A DNA stretch of 64,000 nucleotides from assembly GCA_964658305.1 (NCBI GenBank), contig OZ210885.1:9920001-9984000 (forward strand), read 5' to 3'. The DNA comes from Leptogorgia sarmentosa. Its lineage: Eukaryota. Below are positions 1 to 13,500 of this stretch, in pieces. The number at the start of each line of letters is the position of its first letter. Position 1 is the stretch's first letter. The position numbers and the translations under genes were made by a program. The notes below the pieces were generated by a model that saw only the letters and a list, made by a program, of their open reading frames with translations, had not been told where the DNA came from and did not search any database.

Positions 1-467
1 AGCCATTTGTATTTTTCACAATTTTCCCGCTTTTGGCATATGCAGAATAAATTAGTCGACGTCATAATGTCGTATAATTTTCAATATACGACATAATTAC
101 GTCATAATGTCGTATATGAGGATTTATTGCACTGCTCTTAACCAATCAAAACTCTTGAATTATTTGAAATAAATAATAATTAACAGTTATTCTGCGAACT
201 CGAGTCGTATATAGTATTTCGGCAATTTCAGAATTATTTCAGAATCTTATTAAAATAAATGCACAATATACCTTCCTTTAGAACTTAGTTAAGATTTCGT
301 TGAAATCCAGCATAAAATAAGGACAATATACTCATTTAAATTGTTAGCTACACGTTCGTTATATTTATAGTTCACAAATCGCAATGACTGCGGCCAAAGT
401 AAAATGTGCTTGACTAAAACAACAAAGGCTCCGACGTCAAATTATCCATAAACCTACACCGATGTAC

Positions 468-547
468 CTATTTATCAAGAAGCAAGTTTGTAACATCGTC
501 GACGACAAAAGACACGCACATTTTAAGACTCCGCTGCACGGCTACGT
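468..547 (-). CDS. Candidate terminal exon (alternative candidate 877-1025, or the gene continues beyond the window)
   Basis: Pyrimidine-rich acceptor cttttaacctccctgcgtag, phase 1, reads DVAVQRSLKMCVSFVVDDVTNLLLDK*. 1025-877 is also open in phase 1; sequence alone cannot choose. Confidence 0.3.
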
Positions 548-577
548 CTACGCAGGGAGGTTAAAAAGGCTTTCTTA

Positions 578-892
578 GGGCCTGTTTATATGATCCCACT
601 CACCCGGGATTCAATGAAGCGCAAAATGATTTTGAGGTATTGAAATGAGTCATAATTTATGATTTGAAAAATGCTAAACTGCTGGTTGCTCAAGATTTTG
701 TTCTGCTGAAATAACAAACAGACAAAATGTTGTTGGGCATCAATTTTTGTAAAATATATGTTTTTTGTTGATTTTTACTAAAAGTGTCCTAACTTTGGTT
801 GTTTCGTTTCATGAACGTTACTCATTTCAATACCTCAAAATCATTTGACGCTTCATTGAATCCCGGTTAAGAGGGATCATATAAACAAGTCA
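578..892. mobile_element. PIF/Harbinger-type MITE
   Basis: About 70-bp imperfect TIRs (gggcctgtttatatgatccc... / ...gggatcatataaacaagtca) flanked by TTA on both sides. Confidence 0.75.
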
Positions 893-1283
893 TTACAGGG
901 GAAGTTTGACTTTGCGTGCTGTACGTCACATGTAGGCTCTATGTTGATCACATTTAAAGTGTGCTGCGCTGTAATCTTAGAGGTCACTGATATAATGAAT
1001 GGCCTCAAGTCTCGCCCGGTGACGCCTTGCATCACAGTAGTAATAAATAATTTAATAACACAACATTGTCACGACCCTTTATTACGCGTTTGGTGGAGTT
1101 ATCCTGGGCGTTGTAGATCATGACAACAATTCTATTTTTGCAGCATGTGCGCATGCTAAAGTTTTTCTTCTAGTTTTCCAATGTTATTCACTCGAACCCT
1201 TCAGCTAATACTCGATGAATTACGCGAGCACACCTTGTGCAATTGAGATTAGAAAATAAAATAATAACAGTTAAATTATTTAC

Positions 1284-1533
1284 CTAATATAGCCACAAGG
1301 TTGCAAGAATTGTTAATCCTTAAAACTTTCTCAGTGTTGAAAAGATTGATGCTTTGTTGCTCGTCGCCGTTCAAGTTCCACTTTGTGACTTTCTCTCCAG
1401 CTGTACCATCAATATATTCGAACGGATAAACACAAAAAAGGGAGTTCTGGACCACGCGCATTGTTTCAATTCTCTCCATTATAAGCACATCTTCGTAACT
1501 ATGCACGACTCCGTTTGCATTTATCCGATCAAT
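1284..1533 (-). CDS. Coding exon 15: divergent C-terminal beta-propeller segment
   Basis: ttttgacag|ATT GAT CGG in phase 0, open for 83 codons (…GEKVTKWNLNG…), donor TTAG|gtaaat. Confidence 0.65.
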
Positions 1534-4500
1534 CTGTCAAAATAATCAAACCACTGCTCAATATAACGTCGGTTCCATAGACAAACTACAATTCAGTGGA
1601 ATATCTGTATATTTTGAAAAGTTGACGTCTTATATGTCGTAAAGCAAACTACGTACAAGCTCTTTTATACCTATCTATGGTTGTCATGGGATCCTTAATG
1701 CAGCGCCGGATTAACCCGTCATTGGGCCGGGGACAAACAAAAAGTAAAGGACCGTAATTTGGTGAATATGAAAACATGAAACATATATGTAATCAAATTG
1801 AAAGTCTTGCCCATTGTATAGTCAAGAACTATAATATGCATGAACATAGGGAATAGCATTTTAACGTGAAAGTGGCATTTACCACAGCGACATTAACTTA
1901 AGTGAGTCTAGTATTTCGTGTTCAATGCTAAGTATAAGCGTACGTGGTAAATTTTTTCAGAGGGGGGCAGAAAGTTTATCTTTGCCCGAATTTGAGGGTA
2001 GCGAATGTCACGAGGCGCCACCATGGTTGGCGCCGAGGGAGAAATTTTTGAACTTTTACAACCTCGGATTGCTGGAAACGGCGATTTCAAAGTCCTAAGT
2101 CCTCTTTCTGGGTACGCTCGTTCAGGTGAACGACTGGAGGATTGTTGACATTACATTATTCCTTCAACCTATTCCTCATGTTGCCCGAATTATGCTCAAA
2201 ATCAGTGCCCGAATTTTCCAATTTGAATTTTTTTGGGGCCGCCCGCCTCGATCGTACGCTTATGATGCTAAGTAGGTTGAAGTTTGCAATCTTATCGTTG
2301 TCTATAGACGCAGATAATTCTTGAGTAATTTAGGACTCTAGAATTTCCTGTCTTTCAATTGCCCAATTTTTAATCAAAATTTGTTTTTTCGAAACCAACA
2401 GTAACTAAAATTTTTTATACATTGTTTTTCTTGGGCCGGTAAACAAGCTTTTGAGCTGGGGCCGGGGGCAAATGCCTCCATTGCCCCGTACATAATCCGG
2501 CACAGCCTTAATGGATCATTCTAATTACTATATTTTGTTCTTTTCATAATTATTATAATTAGTCCTATTATACCTATAAACAAAATGCTATTAATATTCT
2601 ATTCTATTCTGTTCTTAACAACGTCTTTCCATTAAATACTTTCCCCACAAAATGATATGAACGCCAATCCAGTTATAAAAGCTTATTATTACGTATTTTA
2701 AATTCGAGAATTCCTTTCGAACTATTTTCTATTATTCTTGCTTGGTTACGTAAAACAGCTCATAAAGTAACAAAATGAACAAAAAATCAGCCGTCAGAAT
2801 CGAAGTTCTTGAATTTATAATATGTATTTAAAATGAATGAAGGCAAGAGGTAAATCGTGGAGGGGGATGACACAAGCATCGAGAGGGAGGGGGATGACAC
2901 AAGTCACCAACTGTTTTGGCTGAAAGGATGAATATTGTGTCGTCCCCTGACGTTTTAACAGACAATTCACCCAAGGATTTATATTTATCAAGTATAATGT
3001 ACTTCATGTGCAGGAAACATTGTGTGTAAATCTAATTGAACTCTTGCGTTTAGCAATTACAATGCATCTATATTTCAGCAGTCACGTTCACTAAATTACA
3101 GTTAAATTACTGCAATACGTGTGGAAAATGATTAATAAATGAACATGAAGGTTAATTCTATTCAAATTGCTGTTTTTGCGTTACGCACATGGTTACTCAC
3201 ATGGTTGAACAATTAAACAGATTTATTTAATTGATGTAATTCGCCTGATAATCAATGTCACATGATCAAATACATGTGGGATGTGGACTCTGACAATACT
3301 AAATCATTATTGAATGATTTGAGGCATTTTAGATTGCCTAGCTACGTTCTTATCCATACGAATAACTGCAAACAATGATGAGCAATAGTATAACGTTAAA
3401 ATTGCGTTAGCGAGTAGCAAAACATGTGAATTTTCGTTCAAGAAAATGTCTTCTGAGACGCGTTTTTAAATTATTTTTCGCAATATTTTCATGTTTGATC
3501 TCTGATTCTACTAAAACAATTAAATCCACTCGCTCTCGATTTCTACGAGATGATAGTTGATTCGGGCTTCGCCCTCATCAACTCATCACCTCATAGAAAT
3601 CTCGAGCTCGTAATCTAATTATTAAATAGAAATCTCGAACTCGTAATCTTATTGTTAAGTAGAAAACAACCTTTGCGAATAGAATCGAGTAAAACCTCGC
3701 CAATTTACGACAGCTTTAGAACTTGACAAAGTTATTTTACTGTTCTGAAAATGTATTTTCTACAAAAAACACATGATGGTGGGAAAAAGAAGTTGTGGTG
3801 CCTTCGTATCTCGAAATTTCTTCGGGGTTTGCCCTGACATGCATTCCGTAGAAAATGTTATTTATCACGACCATTATTAACTAATGTAAAATGCATTGCA
3901 AGCATTTAGACTTTTGTTCAAGGACGAGATTTCATTTAATTTAATTGTTTTAACCTGATCACTCTATTTCTAGCCCATGTTATTCACAAATATATATTTT
4001 AATAAAAACTGCCTTCGCATACTTTAATTTTAAAGGTTTCGCCGTCTTATACAAAATAGTATGGAATTTTTTCATATTCATTTTAAAATTATAGCTTTGG
4101 GTTATTGCGTCATCGCGGCTCGCACATTTCTGGTAATGAAAAATCCAGCAAGAAAAAAACTATTAATTTGGTTGATTTCTTCCTGACATGGTGTGAACAA
4201 TGGGGATTTATTCCGAATTTGTTTCCCAATTTTCAAAATGAAGATTGGGACGAAGTTAATTTGCAATAATTCTAGAAACGCTTCATAACGTGTATGTGCA
4301 TGTGCTGTTTTACGTTATGAAATTTGATTTACAGCTCAACCTACAACAAGTAACACGCCCAAAAATAACATTTGAAAATCTCGTTTGGAAAATGATATAC
4401 ATACCTTTTTCCCAGAAGCAACTATGATATCATCCGAGCGGGGCACGAATTCTAACGCGATAATGGAATCAGAATAAATGTTGTCATGTGACCATATTAA

Positions 4501-7500
4501 CGTCGGCAAGTTTTCTTCAACATTCCAAAGCTTCACAGACCCACCGATAGACCCCGATGCAAAGCGACGTGAACGATCATGACCTCCTAGCTCGCCTTTA
4601 ACTTGAGAAATAGCATCCTTGTGCGCTGGGAATTTCAACTGCGATTTATTGTTAAGATGGAAGCATAACAGTTCTCCGTCATCACAACCAAGCAATGCAT
4701 AGTTTGAACCAAGAGCAGTAATGCAGTTTACTTTAACTTCTGGTTGACCCAAATCAATGCTGGCCTCGGTATCAATAAAAGTTCTTAGTTCGATCCTGTT
4801 TGCCTCGTCAACAAAAACGAAACGGACATCATCACTTAATAAGCACACAAAACGTATGGCGACTCCAGATTCGGTCTTTGCGAAGGTTTGAACTATTTTA
4901 GAACACTCTATGTCAACCAGTGACAATGTTCCTGAACTGCTTCCAGACAGAGAAAATTTCCCATTTGATGTGATGTCAATTGCTGAAACTATCGAGTCGT
5001 CAGGGTGACCTGAAAGAAGTAAAACGTTTAAAGTCATTTGAAGTTGTCAAGTATATCAATTAATATTTTGTAAGTACAGCAAGTCAGTGAATAACACAAA
5101 TTACCATAAACTTTTACGCCGGGCTCCGCTTTTTGCGAGTAATACTTAAAGAAATAAACTTATAATTTTGATGGGGGAACAACATATTTTTCGGAAAGAT
5201 AAGCTTGAAATTCAAATTTCAGGATACTTAGACAACAATCGATGAAATCTTTTAGCTTGAACGAGTGGCTTTTGAATTGGTTTCATCATCTTGGATGTTT
5301 TAGCGATCTATAGCCACTCTGCTTTTTCAAGTTACCATGTCCATAAAGTCCATTGTGTTATCGGAACAATCGTGTACGTTTAGTATTGAACTGAGGTTTA
5401 TCGTTCACCAATATGTCAAAAGAGTAAAATGCATACTATGCCGTGTTTGGTACCAAAATGAAGAGCGAGAAAGAATTTTTCCCGAGGTGCAGCCTTTTCC
5501 TATAGATGTGCCGTGAGTCCGAGACTCTATTCATCAGCAAACGCGCTTTGCCAAAAAGCAACGCGTGAAAATTTAAATTCAGAATGGCTAAGACTGCTCA
5601 CGAGGAGAGATGCGTATTGAAAAAAGTCGGATGATTTAGATGGTTTCGACAGTTGGACTATGTTTCTCAATACCAGCTGTTTTTGGCATTTTGATTTTGA
5701 TGAGAAAACGCTGAGGGATATCGGGGGGGTATTGATGAACTCTGAGGACATTGTTCGTACAGCCGCTGGGAAGATAGCGCGGGCTGAAATGTCCGCGAAT
5801 TCTGGCTATGGTGCGGACTAACAATAGCGTTATATATCAAAATAAGTATATTGTGGTAAAGAAACGGTTAGCCAGCAGTAATTCACGCGGTTACGTTTTG
5901 GCAAATAGTTTCAGTTTTATTTTTCCAAGACAACTGCACGTCAATTGTTGACCGGATTGTTTTGCATTCATAAACCTGTTTGAGATGTTTATATTCAATG
6001 AAAATAATGTCATGGAATAAGAAATACTTCTTAACATAGGTTTGGAGCCAATTTATATAAAATTTGTCCTAATAGTCCACCTTATCTTTATATAAAATCT
6101 TTATATACTTGGTTTTGTCGTGAATTATTGCATGTCAGATACACACTGTTACACCCAGATCATTAACAAATGGGACAAATTACAAACAATTACGTTTTTT
6201 CTTTTTTTTCCAAGATCGTATTGTTTTCAGTAGCAGATCGTCATCATGCAGTTTTACGAACAATGCAGTTTTAGAATTAAGGTAAGTTGCGCGATAATGG
6301 AAATCGTAGACGATCAAACTCATCACTGACAGTCGAATGGATAATTTATTTTTAACTGGATCCCGCATTTTTAACAGCAGGACCCAGGAAATACAATATT
6401 GGCGTCAAAAATGACTGGAACTACAGAATTAGGGCTCGTAGTTGGGGTCCTTTATAGCACTTCCAAACAGTGAGATAACTGAATTAATCTTGATAAGGTC
6501 AAAATATACATAACATATAATGCGGAATATAGTAGCAAATAAATTGAATAGGACGGAAAAAATTCCTGATGAGCTAAAGAAGCATTGAGATTTACATTCA
6601 CCGCAGCATCGATGTGCTGCAAATCCTATAGGATTTCTATATATCACAGCAATCTTGTAGTTTTGGTATTCTTTCTCTACATGTAACACGACCTAAATAA
6701 TGCATATCAGCTTGTAGATACTCGCGATGAAATCGTTTTCATTGTATTGTTCGTAATCAGAAAATAGCATGTGAAGCCATAACAATTTCTTAAATCGAAT
6801 CCAATACTAATTTGAATGCACTGTCTTTTTCGGAGAAATATATTGTCAACTAAAACGGATATTTCACAAACATATAAATTTTGCGTGTATAAAGATAGTA
6901 CAATACCCTGTAGTCGCATCAATGACTTAAAAGTATTTAGAAGTTTCAAATATTCCTTCATTTACCCACCTGCATTATGCTCGACCCAACTATTTGTTGA
7001 CAGTTTCCCGTGGAAAAACACATTATTCTGAAGCGACCCAAATAATACTATTTTGCCGTCGGGTGATATTACTGGTGGGACGCTCGACCCTTGACGAACA
7101 GTCGATACTTGTAGTGAGTCGAGATTGATTTCACAAGTATGCATATCCCCGCTGCATGTGTAAATCATGTTGCGATCGCATGCTATTTCCACTGTGTAGG
7201 ACGCGGGTAAAATGACTTCTTTCAAAGACGCATCAGGCTTTTGCCAGTCCCAGATGAACACATGGTTATCTTTGCATCCAATTATAACTTGCAACCCATC
7301 AGAACTAAAGCGAACAATCTCAGGTGTGCCATCGCTATCAATTTCATTGATCACACTGCCATCAGACAAATTCCACACCTTGAAAATAAAAGGAAATGTT
7401 TTTCTGTGTGATACGCAAAAAATGCTTTAAACTTGTGACTACATTGATTTTAGCTAAATTAATTATGTATATAATAACTAACACGCACATGAATGACTTT

Positions 7501-10500
7501 GTAAATAGGTTTAATTAGTTATATTATGCGTGCTACTTAAAGCGATTATAAACCGGAAGTTATCCAGTTTTTAAGGATTGGGATAGAGCACAACAAATTA
7601 GTTAATACGTTCTAGATTAGGTTTTACGTTTTAATTTCCGAGATATACGTATTAAGAACAGACCTAGAATATGACTGGACAAAGCTTCGGTAATGCATAA
7701 ATGAACCAAATGTTCCCATATTGGTGACACCATCTAAAATCCACTGTGGTGCTTTTGTATTTCCTACAGTTTTAGGTTATTACTTGAAATATTTATTAAA
7801 CATTGTCTGAATAAATTTCCTCCAAAAATTGTGTCTTTTTCCTTTTAAATTTGCCCGTGAATAACTAATGAGGTCACACGAAGATGTACGCTGTGTGATT
7901 CTTTACAAAGCTGTTAAAACGTTCTAAAAAGCACTAGAAAAGTTATGACCAGCTCTGTGTATGTCTCAAACTGCAAAAGACATTTTCTTTATAATCCGAC
8001 CATGAATGTTGCGATACCATTTATGGAAACTGCGATCAATGCCACTCATTTTAGAATCTTATCTCATTAGAAATTTTCTAACTTCAAAATTCCAGACTGA
8101 ATCCAAAAGAATGATAAATCCGGTAGTACGAGATCAGTAGATATAAAGGCTGGAAAGCACATTACTCTCAGTAACACAATCTTTGTAATGATTTTCTTCA
8201 ATTTATGTCTTCATACTTTATTTATGCATTTAACAGTTTAACTGCATGTATACAACCTCGTGAATAAAGCTACTGCAGAAAGTTTGACTGGTTTGCTTGA
8301 GTTCATGTGTGTATTGGAGTTTTCGTTAGACTAATAATGGAACGGCCATGCAACGGTGGCCAATTGTGGAATAGTCAGATAGGGCTAGTCAAGATACTTG
8401 TTAGCAAATATTTCAACCGTTGTTAAAATGCTCGGGAAGGTATAAAATCGCAGATACGGAGAAGGCAATTGCTAAATATAGGATATTACACGGTTGCGAG
8501 AAGATATAGATTTTATGTTCTCGTGGCAAGAACAATATCTCATGAGTGAGCGCATCCATATCTTCGAGCGAACCGTGTAATGTTCTGTTTATTATATGGA
8601 CTTATTCAGAGTGACACAAATACACAACAACTACCCTTTTAATGAAAACATGCAGTCTAAAACACGACAATTAATGGCTTTAAAATTAGCCTTTAGTAAA
8701 TATAGATTATAAAATACCGCTTTAATGTAGTTTATTGTAGTATTGTAGCTTTGTTGTTCGCAAAACGTACTAATATCGTCCTCGCTTAAATTCACAAACC
8801 TTGAAGTAGAAGCCATTTGTAAACAGCGAAAAAGGCGGGAAGGTTATGTCACCCCTAAGCGTGACATACGGAAAATACGCGCACCGTATCCCGGATGTAG
8901 TGGCGTATGAGTTCTACGCACTGAGCTATACTTAATATATCTGGAGATCGGGTCGTAATACAACGCCGTACAAAATAGTGTCGCCAAAAACATGGCGGAT
9001 TTTAGCCAAATTTACGTCATTATGACGTAGTAAGTCCCCTATTTCAGGGGACTAACCACTGACCAAATAACATTGCCGTAAGTGAGCAGTTTTCTCACCC
9101 CCCTGTCTGAAAATAAAATACTAAAATACCAGCTAATATCACGTCAAAGTTTTGAATTCAAAACAATATTTCGTTGAATTTTGTTGATTATCAACATGCC
9201 GCGTTTTTGCACACATAGTTGGCGACGGTCGGTCACTTATTTGCTGAACTACATTTAATTTCAGATAAATTACGGATGCCACAACTCCTTTGTCAAGTGC
9301 TCAACTCCTCTTTAATCAATCGCGTTCGGTATTTATAGGCGCGTACATCGACAAATACAACAATATATTTTTGAGATGTAAGAGAATTTTAATACTTTAT
9401 CTCAATTCTTTGAAAAAATATCAAAACAGCAATGCAGTATATATTTATATATAAAATCGTACCGTAAAATCCAGGGAGGGTTGGAAACGGCGCCTGCACA
9501 CACTTCAACTGTGGTCAGTAATTACCATCATGAGAATAGGGGACGTGTGACGTAAAATCCGCCATGTTTTTGGCGACACTTCAAAGTGGAGAGCCCGATC
9601 TCCAGATATATTAAGTATAGCTCAGTGGTTCTACGAGTGTTTTAGTTCCCAATAAAATACCGCTGTCCATATAATAAATCAGGATATTCAACTTCAAAAT
9701 ATTTAAGTTTTATTCGCGTCAGAGTTTTAACGGGTTGTTTTAGGAAATTCAACAAAGAGCAACAGTCTTGATCGCCACCTAACCACGTTTCGATGAAACG
9801 TCCTTCCTCAGGAATTGGTGTGTTCACTAATGTAGTTATTCAGTGGATGGCGCAATCTTACATGTGAACAACCATCTCGTTACAGGAACGTTATAAATTG
9901 TAAACTGCATGAGACCTCCTCCACTGCACGAGCGGGGGGAGTTGAAAATTGATTTCTTTCACCAGTTGACAAGTATTACTATTTATGCATGCGTTGTCCA
10001 CAATGAATTTTTCCACGATTCTTGCCCCATCTAGTCATCGATTATATACAGGATTATCTCGAGCGTCATATTAATTGGACTATATCAAATGTCAATTATA
10101 CATATCTATATAGGTACAGATCTTGAACAATATATATCGTGTGTCGCATCACCAAAATGCAAACTCGTACATGACAGAACTTCAGCATTCAGTAAGTTGT
10201 TGCTGGGTCTTCCAGCAACACAAAATAGATAGTACTGTAAGTGTCTTTCCCGTATAGATGACAAATTGCATGGTGGGGATTTTAGTAATGGGGGTATTTT
10301 ACGATCGGGTTAATCTGCTTCCAGATTATCTAACTACATACAATACAAATGAACTGAGTTGTATTTAAAATACTCAGTTGTGTTGGTAGTGGCTTTACTA
10401 ACAGGCAGCAAAGAGTCTACTCACTACCTAAATAATATAAACAGATTTTACGTTTCGAGCAGAGGCCCTTCGGTGGGATCGAATAGTGTGTTACACTAAT

Positions 10501-13500
10501 TCCCGAGGAGGGCCTTTTGCGGGATACGTCAAATCCATTTGTATATCCCTTACGTATTGAGTAGACCTTTATTTGTTGTTGATGTTGCCATCTGCTACCT
10601 ACACTGGTCACATATTCATACTTCAATTATTATCTATCATGGGTTATGAGTACGTTGACCTGAAACCGTCATCATACAGGTCTGAATGAAGTTGATGTAT
10701 AGTTTGTCTTAAATCTTGCATGAGAATCCATTCCATAACACATGGTAAGTTAGTAACTTACTGAATCTGTCGAAATTTAAAGCTGTTTATGAAATTGAAA
10801 GGCAATGCTTCAATGCTCGTACTTAAAAACTCTTTTATTCCGTCCTCTGTTGAACGTTTTAATAACTTTTAGTACTAACGCTTTCAACAGTTCAACAGTT
10901 TTTTTAGAATTTTTAGTTTATAACATTTTTACCATATACTCTGATATTTTATATGTAATAGGTAACCATGCTATTATGCCTATGGATTTAAGATTGCAAA
11001 ATCCAAGGTCATTAAATAATAATAATAATAATAATAATAACCCGTTTACTGATATACAATTTTACTAGACTATTTTTAATATTAAAATATAACCTACTTC
11101 AAACGGATTCTTATGCTTTCTTACTATATATTATATGTAAATGTACATTTCTTTCGGTTCTGGTTTAAAATATGTCAGTACGAAGTCCTGGAATGGATTA
11201 AATGTGAAGTTTCAAAACAAAGCGCAAGACGCGGATGTCGTGCAGTTTAAACCAGAGTTTCCAGTCCATGCCTGCGATTTTTAGGGTCTGATACAAACCT
11301 TCTTTAATTTTAAAAACACATCTGATATCATATAGCATCAGAAAATCAAAGTTATAGACTTATAGTTTATGCCAGTCAACCGAAATCTGCGTATTACATA
11401 TACTGACACTTGCACGCTGATGATTTCCTCTTTGTTTTCTTCATGAATGATTAATGCTTTTCACAAGTATATGTAGCCATGTTTTGTAAAAATTGTATAC
11501 ATTCCTAATAATGAATACGCCGAGTCGAAACGTGGAACAGACAATTCAAAAAATTTCTTGTGTTTGGACGTTTCTATTGTTTTGTATTTTTATATGCACA
11601 GTATGACTAGTATAGGCTTGTGTACTACACCTTTATCGAGGACTTCGTCGAGTCCACGAAGATATTCCCATCCTTTGACAGCGACACGACATAGCGATCA
11701 TCAGCAGAGACTGCAACATGTTTTGCCCATTCAAGGTCACCTATTTAATCAGGAAGGAAAAAATAATCAATCCAGAAATTGAAGTAAACATTAAAAGGAT
11801 ATTTTCTGTAACAGTCACAAATAGGTTGTGCATGATCAAGTTGGACGCGTTACTAAAATTAATGTAAAAATCTTTGCAATTTAAGGATTTATGTACAATG
11901 AAAAGAAAAATCTTGAGTAGTGGATTCAATACTGTATCTAATATAACTTGATAGTAAGTTCTACTCACCAACTGAACGATATAGGCAGTGAATTTGTTTT
12001 CTAACGTTTAGGTAGTAAGTAGAACTTTTGTTGCTTGTTGATGTTATTATATCCGGAACCTACACAGCAGTTGTCTACCAGCATTCGATATTGCCATTTT
12101 TTTATCATAGAAGATATTTTCATCATCACAAATGGAGATGTATTTTTTACTTGTAAAAAATTGCACACATTGAGCTATCGCAAGCACCTCCATTCATATG
12201 AGGTTGCATTGATAAATAACTTTGTAGCAATAAATTACGATGAACTACTAGACTACCATCCTTTATAGATTTATAGGAATTGTGAGAAAGTACATTAGAA
12301 TGTGATACCATTTAGCGGATTGTGAAAGTTAAGATGCAAATTTAAATTGTAATGTAATATATAATATTGTTCCCACATGCTGGACCATTTGTCAATATTT
12401 TAAATATATATAAATTTCATAAAAAAATCTGTTTTGTATTTATTTCCAAAGAAGTTAATCAATGCAAAACACGATATAGGAATATTCGCGCCCTCTCACC
12501 CATTTAGCCACACCAAAATTGTGCAAATTTACACTTATTTAGTGTCCGCTGAACACTTCGGAATTTATATTAGGAGTGTGGTCGCATATTGAACCTTATT
12601 CTAATGGACTAGACCATAGACTATCAAAAGAATGGACTGGAAAGAATTAGTTTTAGAATTTGGCCAAAGTAATTCTTTTCTTTACATGTAATTATCTTAG
12701 GCATACAAATCAAAAGGCAATTAACGTAGGCCTAATTAATCTACGAAAGCCTGCTATCCATTCAACTGTACTTAACCACCGGTTTTCTGTCTTCATATCA
12801 GTGCAGAGCGTTGCAGATAAGAACGTTTCTCATTAACTATTCCGATTTGCTAATTATACACGAGTATCTACAAGATTTGAATTTCCAGGTAAATCTGTTC
12901 TACGTAAAAATAGTAGTTTTTGAAGATGGTGCAGTACTTGAAGCACAAAAATTAACAAGGTTGAGGCTAGGTTCATATGAATTTAGTAAAATGAAAATGA
13001 ATTTAGTGAAATGAAATGAAAACGAGATGGTCCGCAACCTATTTATAAGAAAGCTGACCCAAATAGACAATTTGAACTATACCTGTGACAGAAAAGCACT
13101 GTGTGTTAAGATCCCAAACTTTGAAAGTTCCATCTCTAGATGCGGAAACACATCTAGACTCATCACGAGTGACTGTAATATCTGTGACGTCATTTGAATA
13201 ATCAGAGAGACTATTTTGTCCCATGTACGCAGCAGTTCCCAGGTTCCAAACCCTGATACTTCCATCCTCTGACGCTGTCAATACCTTCTTTTCTTTGGGA
13301 ATTATTGCAACACCGCTGAAATATTACAAGTTGATTGTTTATTTCTAATAATAATTTTTTCTACCGAAAAAAGGCAAAGACGATCTCTGTCAGACTATTG
13401 ATTGTTTAACAAACCAATATTATCAAAATATGCTGTATAATTTATTCACAAATGATCAGGGAAATATGTCGTATTCATCAAATGTTAGTGCAAATGGAAA

